Assembly: GCA_031383435.1 (NCBI GenBank)
Contig: JANMZP010000005.1
Coordinates: 9,007-73,006, forward strand
DNA from: Betaproteobacteria bacterium
GTDB taxonomy: Bacteria; Pseudomonadota; Gammaproteobacteria; Burkholderiales; Burkholderiaceae_C
DNA length: 64,000 nt
Direction: 5' to 3'
Position 1 is the first letter of the stretch; each line of letters begins with the position of its first letter. A program made the translations under genes and the position numbers. The notes beneath the pieces were generated by a model. The model saw nothing but the letters and a program-made list of their open reading frames with translations. It was not told where the DNA came from and did not search any database. Shown here piece by piece: positions 32,281-42,116 of the stretch.

Positions 32281-35178
32281 ATGACCGAACTTGCCAAGTC
32301 CTTTGAGCCCGCCGCCATCGAAGCCCGATGGGGCTTGCTGTGGTCGCAAAGCGGGGTCTACGCGGCCACCCTGGACCCGGCCAAGCCCTGCTTCAGCATC
32401 CAGCTGCCGCCGCCCAATGTGACGGGCACGCTGCACATGGGGCACGCGTTCAACCAGACCATCATGGACGCGCTGACCCGCTACCACCGCATGCGTGGCG
32501 ACAACACGCTGTGGATTCCGGGCACCGACCACGCCGGCATCGCCACGCAGATCGTCGTCGAGCGCCAACTGCAGGAACAGGGGCTCAGCCGCGCTGAGCT
32601 GGGCCGCAAGAATTTCGTCGCCCGGGTCTGGGACTGGAAGGCCACGAGCGGGGCCACCATCACCAACCAGATGCGCCGCATGGGCGACAGCGTGGACTGG
32701 TCGCGCGAGTACTTCACGATGGACGACAAGCTGTCGGCCACCGTCACCGAAACCTTCGTGCGCCTGTTCGACGAAGGCCTGATCTACCGCGGCAAGCGCC
32801 TGGTCAGCTGGGACCCGACGCTGAAGAGCGCGGTGTCGGACCTGGAAGTGGAAAGCGAAGAAGAAGACGGTTTCCTGTGGCACATCCGCTACCCCTTGGC
32901 CGACGGCAGCGGCTCCTTGGTGGTGGCCACCACGCGGCCCGAAACGTTGCTGGGCGACACCGCCGTCATGGTCCACCCGGCAGACGAGCGCTACAGCGCG
33001 CTGGTCGGCAAACAGGTGAAGCTGCCGCTGACCGACCGCGTGATTCCGGTCATTGCCGATGACTACGTCGACCGCGAATTCGGCACCGGCGTGGTCAAGG
33101 TGACGCCGGCGCACGACGCCAACGATTACGCGGTGGGCCTGCGCCACGGCCTGCCGATGATCGGTGTGCTGGCGCTGGACGCCACGCTGAACGACCACGC
33201 GCCCGAGGCCTACCGGGGCCTGGACCGCTTTGTGGCCCGCAAGCAGATCGTGGCCGATCTGGATGCGCTGGGTTTGCTGGTCGAAACCAAGAAGCACCGC
33301 CTGCAGGTACCGCGTTGCGCACGCACCGGGCAAGTCATCGAACCGATGCTGACCGACCAGTGGTTCGTGGCCGTCAACAAGGTGGGCGCCGATGTGGGTG
33401 GCCAGCCCGGCGTGAGCATCGCGCAGAAGGCGCGCGACGCGGTCAGCAGCGGCCAGGTGCGCTTCGTGCCCGAGAACTGGGTCAACACCTACAACCACTG
33501 GATGAACAACCTGCAGGACTGGTGCATCAGCCGCCAGCTGTGGTGGGGCCACCAGATTCCGGCCTGGTACGGCAGCGGCGGCGAACTGTTCGTCGGCCGC
33601 CACGAAGACGAAGCCCGTGCCCGTGCCACGGCCGCTGGCTACAGCGGCGCGCTGACCCGCGACCAGGACGTCCTGGACACCTGGTACTCCTCAGCGCTGG
33701 TGCCTTTCAGCACCCTGGGCTGGCCGGAAAAAACCATCGAGCAGGACTTGTTCCTGCCCTCATCGGTGCTGGTCACCGGCTTCGACATCATCTTTTTCTG
33801 GGTCGCCCGGATGATCATGATGACGACGCACTTCACCGGCAAGGTGCCCTTCAAGGACGTCTACATCCACGGCCTGGTGCGCGACGCGCAGGGCCACAAG
33901 ATGAGCAAGAGCGAAGGCAATGTGCTGGACCCGGTGGACCTGATCGACGGCATCGAACTGGGCCCACTGCTGGACAAGCGCGTGGTGGGTTTGCGCAAGC
34001 CCGAAACCGCGCCGCGCGTGCGCAAGGACACCGAGAAAGAATTCCCGAACGGCATCCCGGCCTTCGGTGCCGACGCCCTGCGTTTCACGATGGCCAGCTA
34101 TGCCACGCTGGGCCGCAACATCAACTTCGACGCCAAGCGCTGCGAGGGCTACCGCAACTTCTGCAACAAGCTGTGGAACGCCACCAAGTTCGTGCTGATG
34201 AATTGCGAAGGCCAGGACTGCGGCCTGAAGGAGCACACCAAGGCCGAGTGCGCCGCTGAGATCGTGGACGACAGCGGCCGCGTCACGCGCCCGGCGGGGC
34301 CCTTCCACGGCTACATGAAGTTCAGCCTGGCCGACCGCTGGATCAGCGGCGAATTGCAGCGCGTGGAAGCCACCGTGGCGCAAGGTTTCGCCGATTACAG
34401 GCTCGACAACGTGGCGAATTCGATTTACGCCTTTGTCTGGGACGAGTACTGCGACTGGTACCTGGAAATTGCCAAGGTGCAAATCGCCAACGGCACTGCA
34501 GGCCAGCAACGCGCCACCCGCCGTACCCTGCTGAGCGTGCTGGAAACCGTGCTGCGCCTGCTGCACCCGGTAGCGCCCTTCATCACCGCCGAGTTGTGGG
34601 ACACGGTGGCCCCGGTCGTGCAGCGCAAGAGCGTGGACAGCATCGTCAACGCCAAGTACCCGCAGGCCCAGCTGGAGAAGATCGACCCGGCAGCCGACGC
34701 CTGGGTGGCGCGGCTGAAAGCCGTGGTGGCCGAGACGCGCCGCCTGCGCAGCGAGATGAACCTGCCGGCCAGCGACCGCGTGCCGCTGCTGACGCAAGGC
34801 GATCAGGCCTTCGTGCAGTCAGCCGCGCCGCTGCTGAAAGCCCTGGCGCGCCTCGCCGACGTTCAATCGTTCGCCGACAGCGCCGCCTTCGCGGCCGCCA
34901 CCCAGGCCGCACCGGTGGCCATGAACGGCGAACTGCGCCTGGCGCTGCACGTGACCATCGACGTGGCGGCCGAGCAAGCCCGACTGGGCAAGGAAATCAC
35001 CCGGCTCGAGGGCGAGATCGTCAAGGCCGATGCCAAGTTGGCCAACGAATCTTTCGTCGCCCGCGCCAAGCCCGCAGTAGTCGAACAGGAACGTGCGCGG
35101 CTGGCCGACTTCAGGCAGACCGTTCATCGTCTGCAAGACCAGCTGGCACGCCTGGCGGCGTCGATACCGGCGGCCTGA
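32281..35178 (+). CDS. valS: valine--tRNA ligase
   Basis: Start at ATG 32281 ([17 protein letters not shown]). HIGH-type motif [19 protein letters not shown] motif, and a C-terminal coiled coil. 965 aa. Confidence 0.97.
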   Translation: MTELAKSFEPAAIEARWGLLWSQSGVYAATLDPAKPCFSIQLPPPNVTGTLHMGHAFNQTIMDALTRYHRMRGDNTLWIPGTDHAGIATQIVVERQLQEQGLSRAELGRKNFVARVWDWKATSGATITNQMRRMGDSVDWSREYFTMDDKLSATVTETFVRLFDEGLIYRGKRLVSWDPTLKSAVSDLEVESEEEDGFLWHIRYPLADGSGSLVVATTRPETLLGDTAVMVHPADERYSALVGKQVKLPLTDRVIPVIADDYVDREFGTGVVKVTPAHDANDYAVGLRHGLPMIGVLALDATLNDHAPEAYRGLDRFVARKQIVADLDALGLLVETKKHRLQVPRCARTGQVIEPMLTDQWFVAVNKVGADVGGQPGVSIAQKARDAVSSGQVRFVPENWVNTYNHWMNNLQDWCISRQLWWGHQIPAWYGSGGELFVGRHEDEARARATAAGYSGALTRDQDVLDTWYSSALVPFSTLGWPEKTIEQDLFLPSSVLVTGFDIIFFWVARMIMMTTHFTGKVPFKDVYIHGLVRDAQGHKMSKSEGNVLDPVDLIDGIELGPLLDKRVVGLRKPETAPRVRKDTEKEFPNGIPAFGADALRFTMASYATLGRNINFDAKRCEGYRNFCNKLWNATKFVLMNCEGQDCGLKEHTKAECAAEIVDDSGRVTRPAGPFHGYMKFSLADRWISGELQRVEATVAQGFADYRLDNVANSIYAFVWDEYCDWYLEIAKVQIANGTAGQQRATRRTLLSVLETVLRLLHPVAPFITAELWDTVAPVVQRKSVDSIVNAKYPQAQLEKIDPAADAWVARLKAVVAETRRLRSEMNLPASDRVPLLTQGDQAFVQSAAPLLKALARLADVQSFADSAAFAAATQAAPVAMNGELRLALHVTIDVAAEQARLGKEITRLEGEIVKADAKLANESFVARAKPAVVEQERARLADFRQTVHRLQDQLARLAASIPAA

Positions 35179-36091
35179 CGCCGACGCGGCCGGTTTCTTT
35201 CAGGCGCTCGTCGATGCGGTGCGCCAGCGCCCAGGCGCTGCGCTTGCGTGACTGCAGGGTGGTGCCGCTGACCCGCGGCGTGACCTGCAGCGTGTCGACA
35301 TGGCACAGCGGCCGGCCGGCTTCCAGCAGGGCCGGCTCCAGGTTGTCGAACCAGGCCGCGGCCAGCGGGCCTTCACGCAGCGTGCGCGCCAGGGCCACGT
35401 CATTGAACAGCGCCGACGGGGCCAGACTGACCAGCACCTGGTCTCGCTTGCACTCGGCCAGCGCGCGCTCACCGAACAGGCCCACATAACGTGGGAAGAA
35501 ATTCAGCAGCACGCACACCGCGTCGCTGTTGCGCAGCAGTTCGCGCAGCGTGACGCCTTCGATGCCGCTGCGCTGCCAGACCGGGTCGGCCACGTGCACG
35601 GCCGGGTCGTAGCCCAGCACCTGCGCGCCGAAAGCCGCCAACAGCGGCGTCAAGTGGCGCACCGCCGGCGTCATGCCCACCACGCCCACCGTGCAGCCGT
35701 TCAGTTCACGGCCGACGAGCAGACCTTCAGGGCTGATGATGGGCACGCGGCGCAGCATCTGCAGCACCGCGGCAATGACGAATTCGGCCTCGGCCGGGGC
35801 ACTGGCACTGGCCGGACGCACCACTTCCACGCCCGCTTGTGCGCAGGCGTCGAGATCGATGTTCTCGGCACCCACCGACAGCCGGCCCACGATGCGCAGG
35901 CGCGGCGCGCGCTTGAGCATGGCCGCGTCGATGGCCACCGACGGCGGCACGATGGCCGCGCGGGCGCGCGCCAGCGTCTGGCGAAAGGCCTCCGAATCCG
36001 AAGCCAGTTCGGGTGCCACCTTCACGGCGTGTCGCGCACCGAGCCAGGCCAGCACTTCGCTGTCCAGCGGTTCGATCGTCAAAACATCCAT
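35111..36091 (-). CDS. D-isomer-specific 2-hydroxyacid dehydrogenase family protein, catalytically degenerate
   Basis: Start at ATG 36091 ([10 protein letters not shown]). The family fold is clear ([20 protein letters not shown]). However GxGxxG reads GMTPAV, the catalytic Arg position reads LAPS, and the catalytic His position reads TPRVSG. See the finding at 35111..36091. Confidence 0.8.
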   Translation of the reverse strand: MDVLTIEPLDSEVLAWLGARHAVKVAPELASDSEAFRQTLARARAAIVPPSVAIDAAMLKRAPRLRIVGRLSVGAENIDLDACAQAGVEVVRPASASAPAEAEFVIAAVLQMLRRVPIISPEGLLVGRELNGCTVGVVGMTPAVRHLTPLLAAFGAQVLGYDPAVHVADPVWQRSGIEGVTLRELLRNSDAVCVLLNFFPRYVGLFGERALAECKRDQVLVSLAPSALFNDVALARTLREGPLAAAWFDNLEPALLEAGRPLCHVDTLQVTPRVSGTTLQSRKRSAWALAHRIDERLKETGRVGVRPPVSTPPGVPAGLADDERSA

Positions 36092-36181
36092 GGCTGCAGG
36101 CGTGAAGGTGTCATAAAAAGGCTGGATAGGGCCATGCCACAATGATTTGATCCGGCCAATTCGGCCTTAGCAAAGTCCTCA

Positions 36182-37048
36182 ATGATCGTACAGAAGGCCA
36201 TTTTCCCGGTTGCCGGATTGGGCACCCGCTTCCTGCCCGCGACCAAAGCACAGCCCAAGGAAATGCTGCCGGTGGTGGACAAGCCACTCATCCAGTATGC
36301 CGTCGAGGAAGCCTATGCAGCAGGCGTTCGCGAAATGATCTTCGTCACCGGCCGCCACAAGCGGCCCATCGAAGACCATTTCGACATGACCTTCGAATTG
36401 GAAGTGGCGCTGGAGCAGGCCAACAAACAGGAACTGCTGAAAGTCGTGCGCAGCGTCAAGCCCGACGACATGGAGTGCATCTATGTGCGCCAGCCCCAGG
36501 CCCTGGGCCTGGGCCACGCGGTGCTGTGCGGCCAGCGGCTGGTTGGCAACCAGCCTTTCGCCGTGCTGCTGGCCGATGACCTGATGGTCGGCGAACCGCC
36601 GGTGCTGGCCCAGATGGTCGAGCAATACCGCGAATGGCGCGCGTCGATCCTGGCGGTGCAGGAAGTGCCGGCCGAACACACCCGCCGCTACGGCATCGTG
36701 GACGGCACGGTGGTCAACGACCGCGTGATGGACATCAACCGCATCGTCGAAAAGCCCGCGCCCGAGGACGCGCCCTCGCGCCTGGGCGTGGCCGGCCGCT
36801 ACATCCTGACGCCGGGCGTGTTCCACGAAATCGCCACGCAGCAGCGCGGCGTGGGCGGCGAGATCCAGCTCACCGACGGCATCGCTTCCCTGCTGCGCCG
36901 CGAAAAGGTTTTCGCCTACCGTTACCAGGGCAAGCGCTACGACTGCGGCAGCAAGGAAGGCTTCCTGGAGGCCAACGTTGAACTCGCACTGGCCCACCCG
37001 GACTTGGGCCCGGGCTTCCGCAAATACCTGAAGAGCCTGGAGCTGTGA
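36182..37048 (+). CDS. galU: UTP--glucose-1-phosphate uridylyltransferase
   Basis: MIVQKAIFPVAGLGTRFLPATKAQPKEMLPVVDKPLIQY is the canonical GalU N-terminus. 288 aa. Confidence 0.95.
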   Translation: MIVQKAIFPVAGLGTRFLPATKAQPKEMLPVVDKPLIQYAVEEAYAAGVREMIFVTGRHKRPIEDHFDMTFELEVALEQANKQELLKVVRSVKPDDMECIYVRQPQALGLGHAVLCGQRLVGNQPFAVLLADDLMVGEPPVLAQMVEQYREWRASILAVQEVPAEHTRRYGIVDGTVVNDRVMDINRIVEKPAPEDAPSRLGVAGRYILTPGVFHEIATQQRGVGGEIQLTDGIASLLRREKVFAYRYQGKRYDCGSKEGFLEANVELALAHPDLGPGFRKYLKSLEL

Positions 37049-37052
37049 GCCG

Positions 37053-37076
37053 CAGCCCGGCTTCGGCCGGGGCTGG
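37053..37076. terminator. GC-rich hairpin between convergent galU and tusA-like genes (possible bidirectional terminator)
   Basis: cagcccggc-ttcg-gccggggctg forms an imperfect 9-10 bp stem. No clear U-tract on either side. Confidence 0.4.
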
Positions 37077-37077
37077 C

Positions 37078-37314
37078 CTACCTGCGGCGCAACAGGTGGA
37101 TGAAGTCGGCGCCCTGGGTCGTCTGTTCGACCAGTTCATTGCCGGTCTGCCGGGCGAAGGCCTGGAAGTCGCGCATCGAGCCGGGGTCGGTGCTGAGGAC
37201 ACGCAAGGTCTCGCCGCTGACCATGTCGGCCAAGGCTTTTTTGGCTTTCAGAATGGGCAGCGGGCAGTTCAAGCCGCGGGTGTCGAGGTCCTTCGATGCT
37301 TCCATGTCGATCAC
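37078..37314 (-). CDS. TusA/SirA-family sulfur carrier protein
   Basis: DTRGLNCPLPILKAKKAL, a CPxP motif. Start is GTG 37314 (GTGA overlap with the NUDIX stop) or ATG 37305. Confidence 0.85.
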   Translation of the reverse strand: MIDMEASKDLDTRGLNCPLPILKAKKALADMVSGETLRVLSTDPGSMRDFQAFARQTGNELVEQTTQGADFIHLLRRR

Positions 37315-37877
37315 TCTTTTTGAGGTTGGTCGGCCGGCCGGGGTGGCAGCTCGATGAATTGCGGTTCGTGGCCGCGTGAGCGCAGCCAGTCGGCCAGGCC
37401 GTAGCCGGTGCCAGCACGCCAGCAGCGCAGGTCTTGCACCGGGAACAGCTTGTACTCGGCCAGTTCGGGCGACAGCACGACGGCGCCATGGGCCAGCGCG
37501 TGGTACACCACGATGAGCTGGTTCATGCGCTGGAAATCGTAGACGCCCACCAGCGTCAACTGGTCAACCTGCAGCGCCGTTTCTTCCCGCACTTCGCGCG
37601 CAATGCCTTCTTCAGGCGTTTCGCCGGCTTCCATGAAGCCGGTGATCAGCGCGAACATGCGCCCCGACCAGGCGGCATTGCGGGCCAGCAGCACCTGCCC
37701 GCCCTGGTCGCTGCATTCGACAATGGCGGCCAACACCGGCGTCGGGTTGTTCCAGTGCGTCCAGCCGCAGGCCACGCAACGCAGCCGCTGCTTGGGCCCG
37801 CCGTCTTCGTCCTGCACCAGCCATTGCAGGGTGGTGGCGCACTGCGCGCAGAAGTTGGGCTGGGGCTGAACACTCAT
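37311..37877 (-). CDS. NUDIX hydrolase with N-terminal zinc ribbon
   Basis: CAQC...CVACG zinc ribbon. NUDIX box GFMEAGETPEEGIAREVREETAL. ATGA overlap with the cysM stop. Confidence 0.85.
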   Translation of the reverse strand: MSVQPQPNFCAQCATTLQWLVQDEDGGPKQRLRCVACGWTHWNNPTPVLAAIVECSDQGGQVLLARNAAWSGRMFALITGFMEAGETPEEGIAREVREETALQVDQLTLVGVYDFQRMNQLIVVYHALAHGAVVLSPELAEYKLFPVQDLRCWRAGTGYGLADWLRSRGHEPQFIELPPRPADQPQKE

Positions 37878-38806
37878 GCCGGAAACACGCCAGTGGACAG
37901 GTAGCGGTCTCCGCGGTCGCAGACGATGAACACGATGGTGGCGTTCTCGACCTGCTGCGCGATCTGCAGCGCCACCCAGCAGGCCCCGGCCGCCGAGATG
38001 CCGGCGAACAGGCCTTCTTCACGCGCCATGCGGCGGGCCATGTCTTCGGCGTCGGCCTGGCTGACCAGCACCAGTTCGTCCACCGCAGCCGGGTTGTAGA
38101 TCTTGGGCAGATAGGCCTCGGGCCATTTGCGGATGCCGGGTATGCGCGAGCCTTCGCTGGGCTGCGCGCCGACGATGCGCACCGCCGGGTTCTTTTCCTT
38201 GAGGAACTTCGACACCCCGGTGATGGTGCCGGTGGTGCCCATGGCACTGACGAAATGCGTCACGCGACCCGCGGTGTCGGCCCAGATTTCCGGGCCCGTG
38301 GTGTCGAAGTGCGCACGCGGGTTGTCGGCATTGGCGAACTGGTCCAGCACCCGGCCCTTGCCTTCGGCCTGCATCTGTTCGGCCAGGTCGCGGGCGTATT
38401 CCATGCCGCCCGACCGGGGCGTCAGGATCAGTTCGGCGCCGAAGGCCTTCATGGTCTGTGCACGTTCGATGGACAGGTCTTCCGGCATGATCAGAACCAT
38501 GCGGTAGCCGCGGATGGCAGCGGCCATGGCCAGTGCAATGCCGGTGTTGCCCGAGGTGGCTTCGATCAGCGTATCGCCCGGGCGGATTTCGCCGCGCTCT
38601 TCGGCGCGACGGATCATGTGAATCGCCGGCCGGTCTTTCACCGAGCCCGCCGGGTTGTTGCCTTCCAGCTTGCCCAGAACGACGTTGCCGCGCAGCGTGC
38701 CGGCCGCACCCGGCAGGCGCTGCAGTTGCACCAGCGGTGTGCCGCCGATGGCGTCTTCCAGCGTCTTGTAGGCCGCCTTGTAGGCGTCAGGGGCCACTTC
38801 CTTCAT
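37874..38806 (-). CDS. cysM: cysteine synthase B (O-acetylserine sulfhydrylase)
   Basis: Start at ATG 38806 (MKEVAPDAYK...). PLP motifs NPAGSVKDRPA and TSGNTGIALA. The longer ORF-track start at 39067 runs antisense through the tRNA gene and was rejected. Confidence 0.93.
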   Translation of the reverse strand: MKEVAPDAYKAAYKTLEDAIGGTPLVQLQRLPGAAGTLRGNVVLGKLEGNNPAGSVKDRPAIHMIRRAEERGEIRPGDTLIEATSGNTGIALAMAAAIRGYRMVLIMPEDLSIERAQTMKAFGAELILTPRSGGMEYARDLAEQMQAEGKGRVLDQFANADNPRAHFDTTGPEIWADTAGRVTHFVSAMGTTGTITGVSKFLKEKNPAVRIVGAQPSEGSRIPGIRKWPEAYLPKIYNPAAVDELVLVSQADAEDMARRMAREEGLFAGISAAGACWVALQIAQQVENATIVFIVCDRGDRYLSTGVFPA

Positions 38807-38910
38807 GCGTCTCTCCTCGATCGGAGAACGATTGTGGCAGTGCCGCCGGGACCGCACCGCACCGCGTGTGATAATCCGTTTCGTCTTGGTGTGTCGCCTC
38901 CAGACACCCT

Positions 38911-38995
38911 GCCCGCGTGACGAAATCGGTAGACGTAGCGGATTCAAAATCCGCCGCCGCAAGGCGTGCCAGTTCGAGTCTGGCCGCGGGCACCA
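38911..38995 (+). tRNA. tRNA-Leu (anticodon CAA), type II with long variable arm, CCA encoded
   Basis: Manual fold. Acceptor stem GCCCGCG/CGCGGGC, D-loop AATCGGTAGA, anticodon stem GCGGA/TCCGC with loop TTCAAAA, variable arm CGCCGCAAGGCGTG, T-arm GCCAG-TTCGAGT-CTGGC, 3' ACCA. Confidence 0.93.
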
Positions 38996-39029
38996 GGTGG
39001 CATCCAGCCACCTCCAACCAGCACATCCC

Positions 39030-39716
39030 ATGCCGACGATCCCACCGCTGACACGCAATCTGATCATCGCCTGCGTCGTCGCCTTCTTCCTCGGCGAATT
39101 CGTGTCGCTGACACCTTGGTTCGCCTTGTGGCCACTGGCCAGCGGGCAGTTCCTGCCCTGGCAACCGCTGACCTATGCGCTGCTGCACGGCAGCACCTCG
39201 CACCTGCTGTTCAACATGCTCGGGCTGTGGATGTTCGGCTCTGAACTGGAACAACTGTGGGGCCGCAACCGCTACCTGCAGTTCATTGCCGTGTGCGTGT
39301 TGACGGCTGCGGTGGCGCAATTGGCGGTGACGCACCTGATGGGCTCTTTCGTGCCCACGCTGGGCATTTCGGGCGGCATCTACGGCCTGCTGCTGGCCTA
39401 CGCGCTGGCTTTTCCGCGCCGCCAGTTCGACCTGGTCGGCTTCGTGCCGATGCTGCTGTTGATGGCACCTTCGCAAACCCTCAACCTCATCGGCATCGTT
39501 CTGTATTTCATGCTGATGACCAACCGCCAGGCCGTGCCCATCCCGCCGATCTACGTGCCGGCGCTGACCATGGTCGGCATCTTCGGCGGCATCGAACTCA
39601 TCACTGGCCTGTTCTTCGGCAGCGGCGTGGCGCACTTCGCGCACCTGGGCGGCATGATGGGCGGCTGGTTGATGGTGCGCTACTGGCGCAGCACCGGGCG
39701 CGGCCGCCGGCGTTGA
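39030..39716 (+). CDS. rhomboid-family intramembrane serine protease
   Basis: Start at ATG 39030. Motifs HLLFNMLGLWMFG, GISGGIYGLL (catalytic Ser) and AHFAHLGGMMGG (catalytic His). Confidence 0.88.
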   Translation: MPTIPPLTRNLIIACVVAFFLGEFVSLTPWFALWPLASGQFLPWQPLTYALLHGSTSHLLFNMLGLWMFGSELEQLWGRNRYLQFIAVCVLTAAVAQLAVTHLMGSFVPTLGISGGIYGLLLAYALAFPRRQFDLVGFVPMLLLMAPSQTLNLIGIVLYFMLMTNRQAVPIPPIYVPALTMVGIFGGIELITGLFFGSGVAHFAHLGGMMGGWLMVRYWRSTGRGRRR

Positions 39717-39756
39717 TGCGCAGCGCCCGCCCGCGCTGCTGGCAACGCGGGCTGCT

Positions 39757-40719
39757 TCAGCCGTTCAGCAAGCCTTCCCGCACCGTCGGGTAGCGCAGGC
39801 GCAAGCCCAGTTCGGCCTTCAGCCGGTGGTTGTCCAGGCGGCGTGACTCGCTCATGAAGCTGAGCTGCATCGGGCCCATCACCGTGGCCGCTTCGGCCCG
39901 CGTGATGCGCGGCGGGCGCGGCAGACCACACAGGTCGGCAGCCAGGTCGAAGTAGGCACCCATCGTCAGTTCGGTGTCGTCGCTGGCATGCAGCACGCGC
40001 TGCGGCCGGCCGCGCAGCAACGCCGCGACGCAGGCGCGCGCCAGGTCGTCGGCATGGATGTGGTTGGTGTGCACATCGTCCTGCGGCACCAGCACCGGCG
40101 TGCCGCGCAGCAGGCGGTCACGCGGGTGGCCACCCGCACGGTTGCTGGCGTAGATGCCCGGAATGCGCAGCACGGTGACGCGGGTGCCGGTGCGGCGGCC
40201 GAACTGGCGCAGCTGCGCTTCAGCATCCACCCGGCGCTGGGCGCGGGCCGTGGTCGGGTTGACCGCCCGCGTCTCGTCGAAGCGCGCACCGCCGCAGTCA
40301 CCATAGACACCGCTGGTGCTGGCGTAGACCAACCGCTGCACGCGAGCGCCGCGCGACAAGGCCCGCAACAAGGCGCGGGTGCGGGTGTCGCACGGGCCCT
40401 GCCCAGGCGGCGGCGCGAGGTGCAGCACCGCATCGGCCAGGCCGCCCAGCCGCGCCAGCGTGCGCGGCGCGTCCAGGTCACCCAGCAGGGGCACCGCACC
40501 CAGCGACCGCAGCAAGGGCAGGCGCGCTGGCGTGGACGTCAAGGCCAGCACGCGCCAGCGCGGCTGCAGCAGCTTCAGCACGCGCAGGCCGACGTCGCCA
40601 CAGCCGACGATCAACACGGTGGGGCGGCGGCAGCAGGAAACAGGAACAGTCACGGCAGGCTCTTCGGGAAGGCAGCACCAGAAAGGGCCACAGAAGCGAC
40701 CACAGGAGCGGCCGGGCAC
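39757..40719 (-). CDS. NAD-dependent epimerase/dehydratase (extended SDR) family protein
   Basis: Rossmann motif VLIVGCGDVGLRV. The C-terminal region is typical of SDR epimerases. The start may be GTG 40653 rather than 40719. Confidence 0.8.
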   Translation of the reverse strand: MPGRSCGRFCGPFWCCLPEEPAVTVPVSCCRRPTVLIVGCGDVGLRVLKLLQPRWRVLALTSTPARLPLLRSLGAVPLLGDLDAPRTLARLGGLADAVLHLAPPPGQGPCDTRTRALLRALSRGARVQRLVYASTSGVYGDCGGARFDETRAVNPTTARAQRRVDAEAQLRQFGRRTGTRVTVLRIPGIYASNRAGGHPRDRLLRGTPVLVPQDDVHTNHIHADDLARACVAALLRGRPQRVLHASDDTELTMGAYFDLAADLCGLPRPPRITRAEAATVMGPMQLSFMSESRRLDNHRLKAELGLRLRYPTVREGLLNG

Positions 40720-40796
40720 AATTGAAGACCAGTTTAGTGAAGCCCCGCCAGCCCCTTGGCCACTGCCTTTGCCGATGCCCTTGCGCGCACCCGACC

Positions 40797-41837
40797 ATGA
40801 CGTTCACCATCACGCTACAACCCGCCGACCGAAGCTTCATGGTCGAGGCTGACGAAGCCATCCTGGCGGCCGCCATCCGCCAGGGCATCGGCCTGCCCTA
40901 CGGTTGCCGCGACGGCGCTTGCGGCTCGTGCAAGAGCAAGCTGATCTCGGGCCGCGTGGTGCACGGCACCCACCAGCTGAAGGCCCTGTCGCCGGCCGAG
41001 GAAGAGGCCGGCTACATCCTGACCTGTTGCAGCCGGCCGCAGAGCGATTGCGTGGTCGAAGCGCGCAGCGTGCCCGGTGCCGGCGAACACCCGGTGCTGA
41101 GGCTGCCCAGCCGCGTGATCAGCATCGAGAAACCGGTACCCGATGTGGCCGTCCTGCGCCTGCAGTTGCCGGCCAACCAGAACCTGCAATACCGCGCCGG
41201 CCAGTACGTGGAATTCATCTTGCGCGACGGAACCCGGCGCAGCTACAGCATGGCCAACGCACCCGGTCACCTGGGCAGCCCGCCGGCCATCGAACTGCAC
41301 ATCCGCCACATGCCCGGCGGCGTGTTCACCGACCATGTCTTTGGTGTGATGAAAGAGAAAGACATCCTGCGCATGGAGGGGCCCTTCGGCAGCTTCTTCC
41401 TGCGCGAGGAATCCGACAAGCCGATGGTCTTGCTGGCCAGCGGCACCGGCTTCGCGCCCATCAAGGCCATCGTCGACCAGATGCGCCTGAAGGGTGTGCT
41501 GCGGCCGGCAACGCTGTACTGGGGCTGCCGCCGCAAGGCCGACCTGTACCAGCATGACTGGTGCCTGCAGACGGCCGCCGAAATGCCGAACCTGCGCTAT
41601 GTGCCGGTGCTGTCGGAACCGCTGACGGACGACGCCTGGACGGGCCGCACCGGCTTCGTCCACCAGGCCGTGATGGCTGACTTCCCCGAGCTGCGCGCCC
41701 ATCAGGTCTACGCCTGTGGCGCACCGGTGATGGTTGAAGCGGCACAGCGCGATTTCGTCGCGCTGTGTGGCCTGCCTGCCGACGGGTTCTTCGCCGATGC
41801 GTTCACATCAGCAGCCGACAAGCAGGTCGGGGTCTGA
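40797..41837 (+). CDS. 2Fe-2S ferredoxin / FNR-type oxidoreductase (CDP-6-deoxy-delta-3,4-glucoseen reductase-like)
   Basis: Start at ATG 40797. Plant-type ferredoxin cysteines (CRDGACGSCK...C), FAD motif RSYSMA, NAD(P) motif LLASGTGFAPIKA. Confidence 0.88.
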   Translation: MTFTITLQPADRSFMVEADEAILAAAIRQGIGLPYGCRDGACGSCKSKLISGRVVHGTHQLKALSPAEEEAGYILTCCSRPQSDCVVEARSVPGAGEHPVLRLPSRVISIEKPVPDVAVLRLQLPANQNLQYRAGQYVEFILRDGTRRSYSMANAPGHLGSPPAIELHIRHMPGGVFTDHVFGVMKEKDILRMEGPFGSFFLREESDKPMVLLASGTGFAPIKAIVDQMRLKGVLRPATLYWGCRRKADLYQHDWCLQTAAEMPNLRYVPVLSEPLTDDAWTGRTGFVHQAVMADFPELRAHQVYACGAPVMVEAAQRDFVALCGLPADGFFADAFTSAADKQVGV

Positions 41838-42116
41838 GTCACGCGCCCCACGCATTTGAGGGGGGTGACCCACCCGGCGGCCCAGCACTGCCTTACATCT
41901 CGAAGTGTCATCGGCTAGGCTGTTGCCGGCCGTTCGCGACGCGCCAAGTCGCCCGGCTTTCAGGCACGCACGTCAGCGAGGTCGGGAGACCGACACGCCG
42001 AGTCTGAAGTTCCCAACGGCCTGCCCCGGCTGTTCATCGGGGTGGCGTGGGCGTCCTTTGAATTGGTTCCACTTGGCGAGATTCGACTCCCAACTTTGAT
42101 CCAAGGAAAGACTGCC

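Noticed and set aside
35111-35178. The 68-nt convergent overlap of valS and the dehydrogenase-like gene, considered as evidence for a mis-called stop.
   Set aside because: Both reading frames are uninterrupted and both protein lengths are normal for their families. The overlap is noted under the dehydrogenase finding but is not treated as a separate anomaly.
38911-39030. tRNA-Leu as an integration hotspot, and a check for an adjacent genomic island.
   Set aside because: No integrase, no direct repeat of the tRNA 3' end, and no compositional shift. The rhomboid gene follows 34 nt downstream at normal GC.
38807-39067. N-terminal extension of the cysM ORF up to 39067.
   Set aside because: It reads antisense through tRNA-Leu and through the rhomboid gene start. 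The CysM homology begins at MKEVAPDAYK (ATG 38806).
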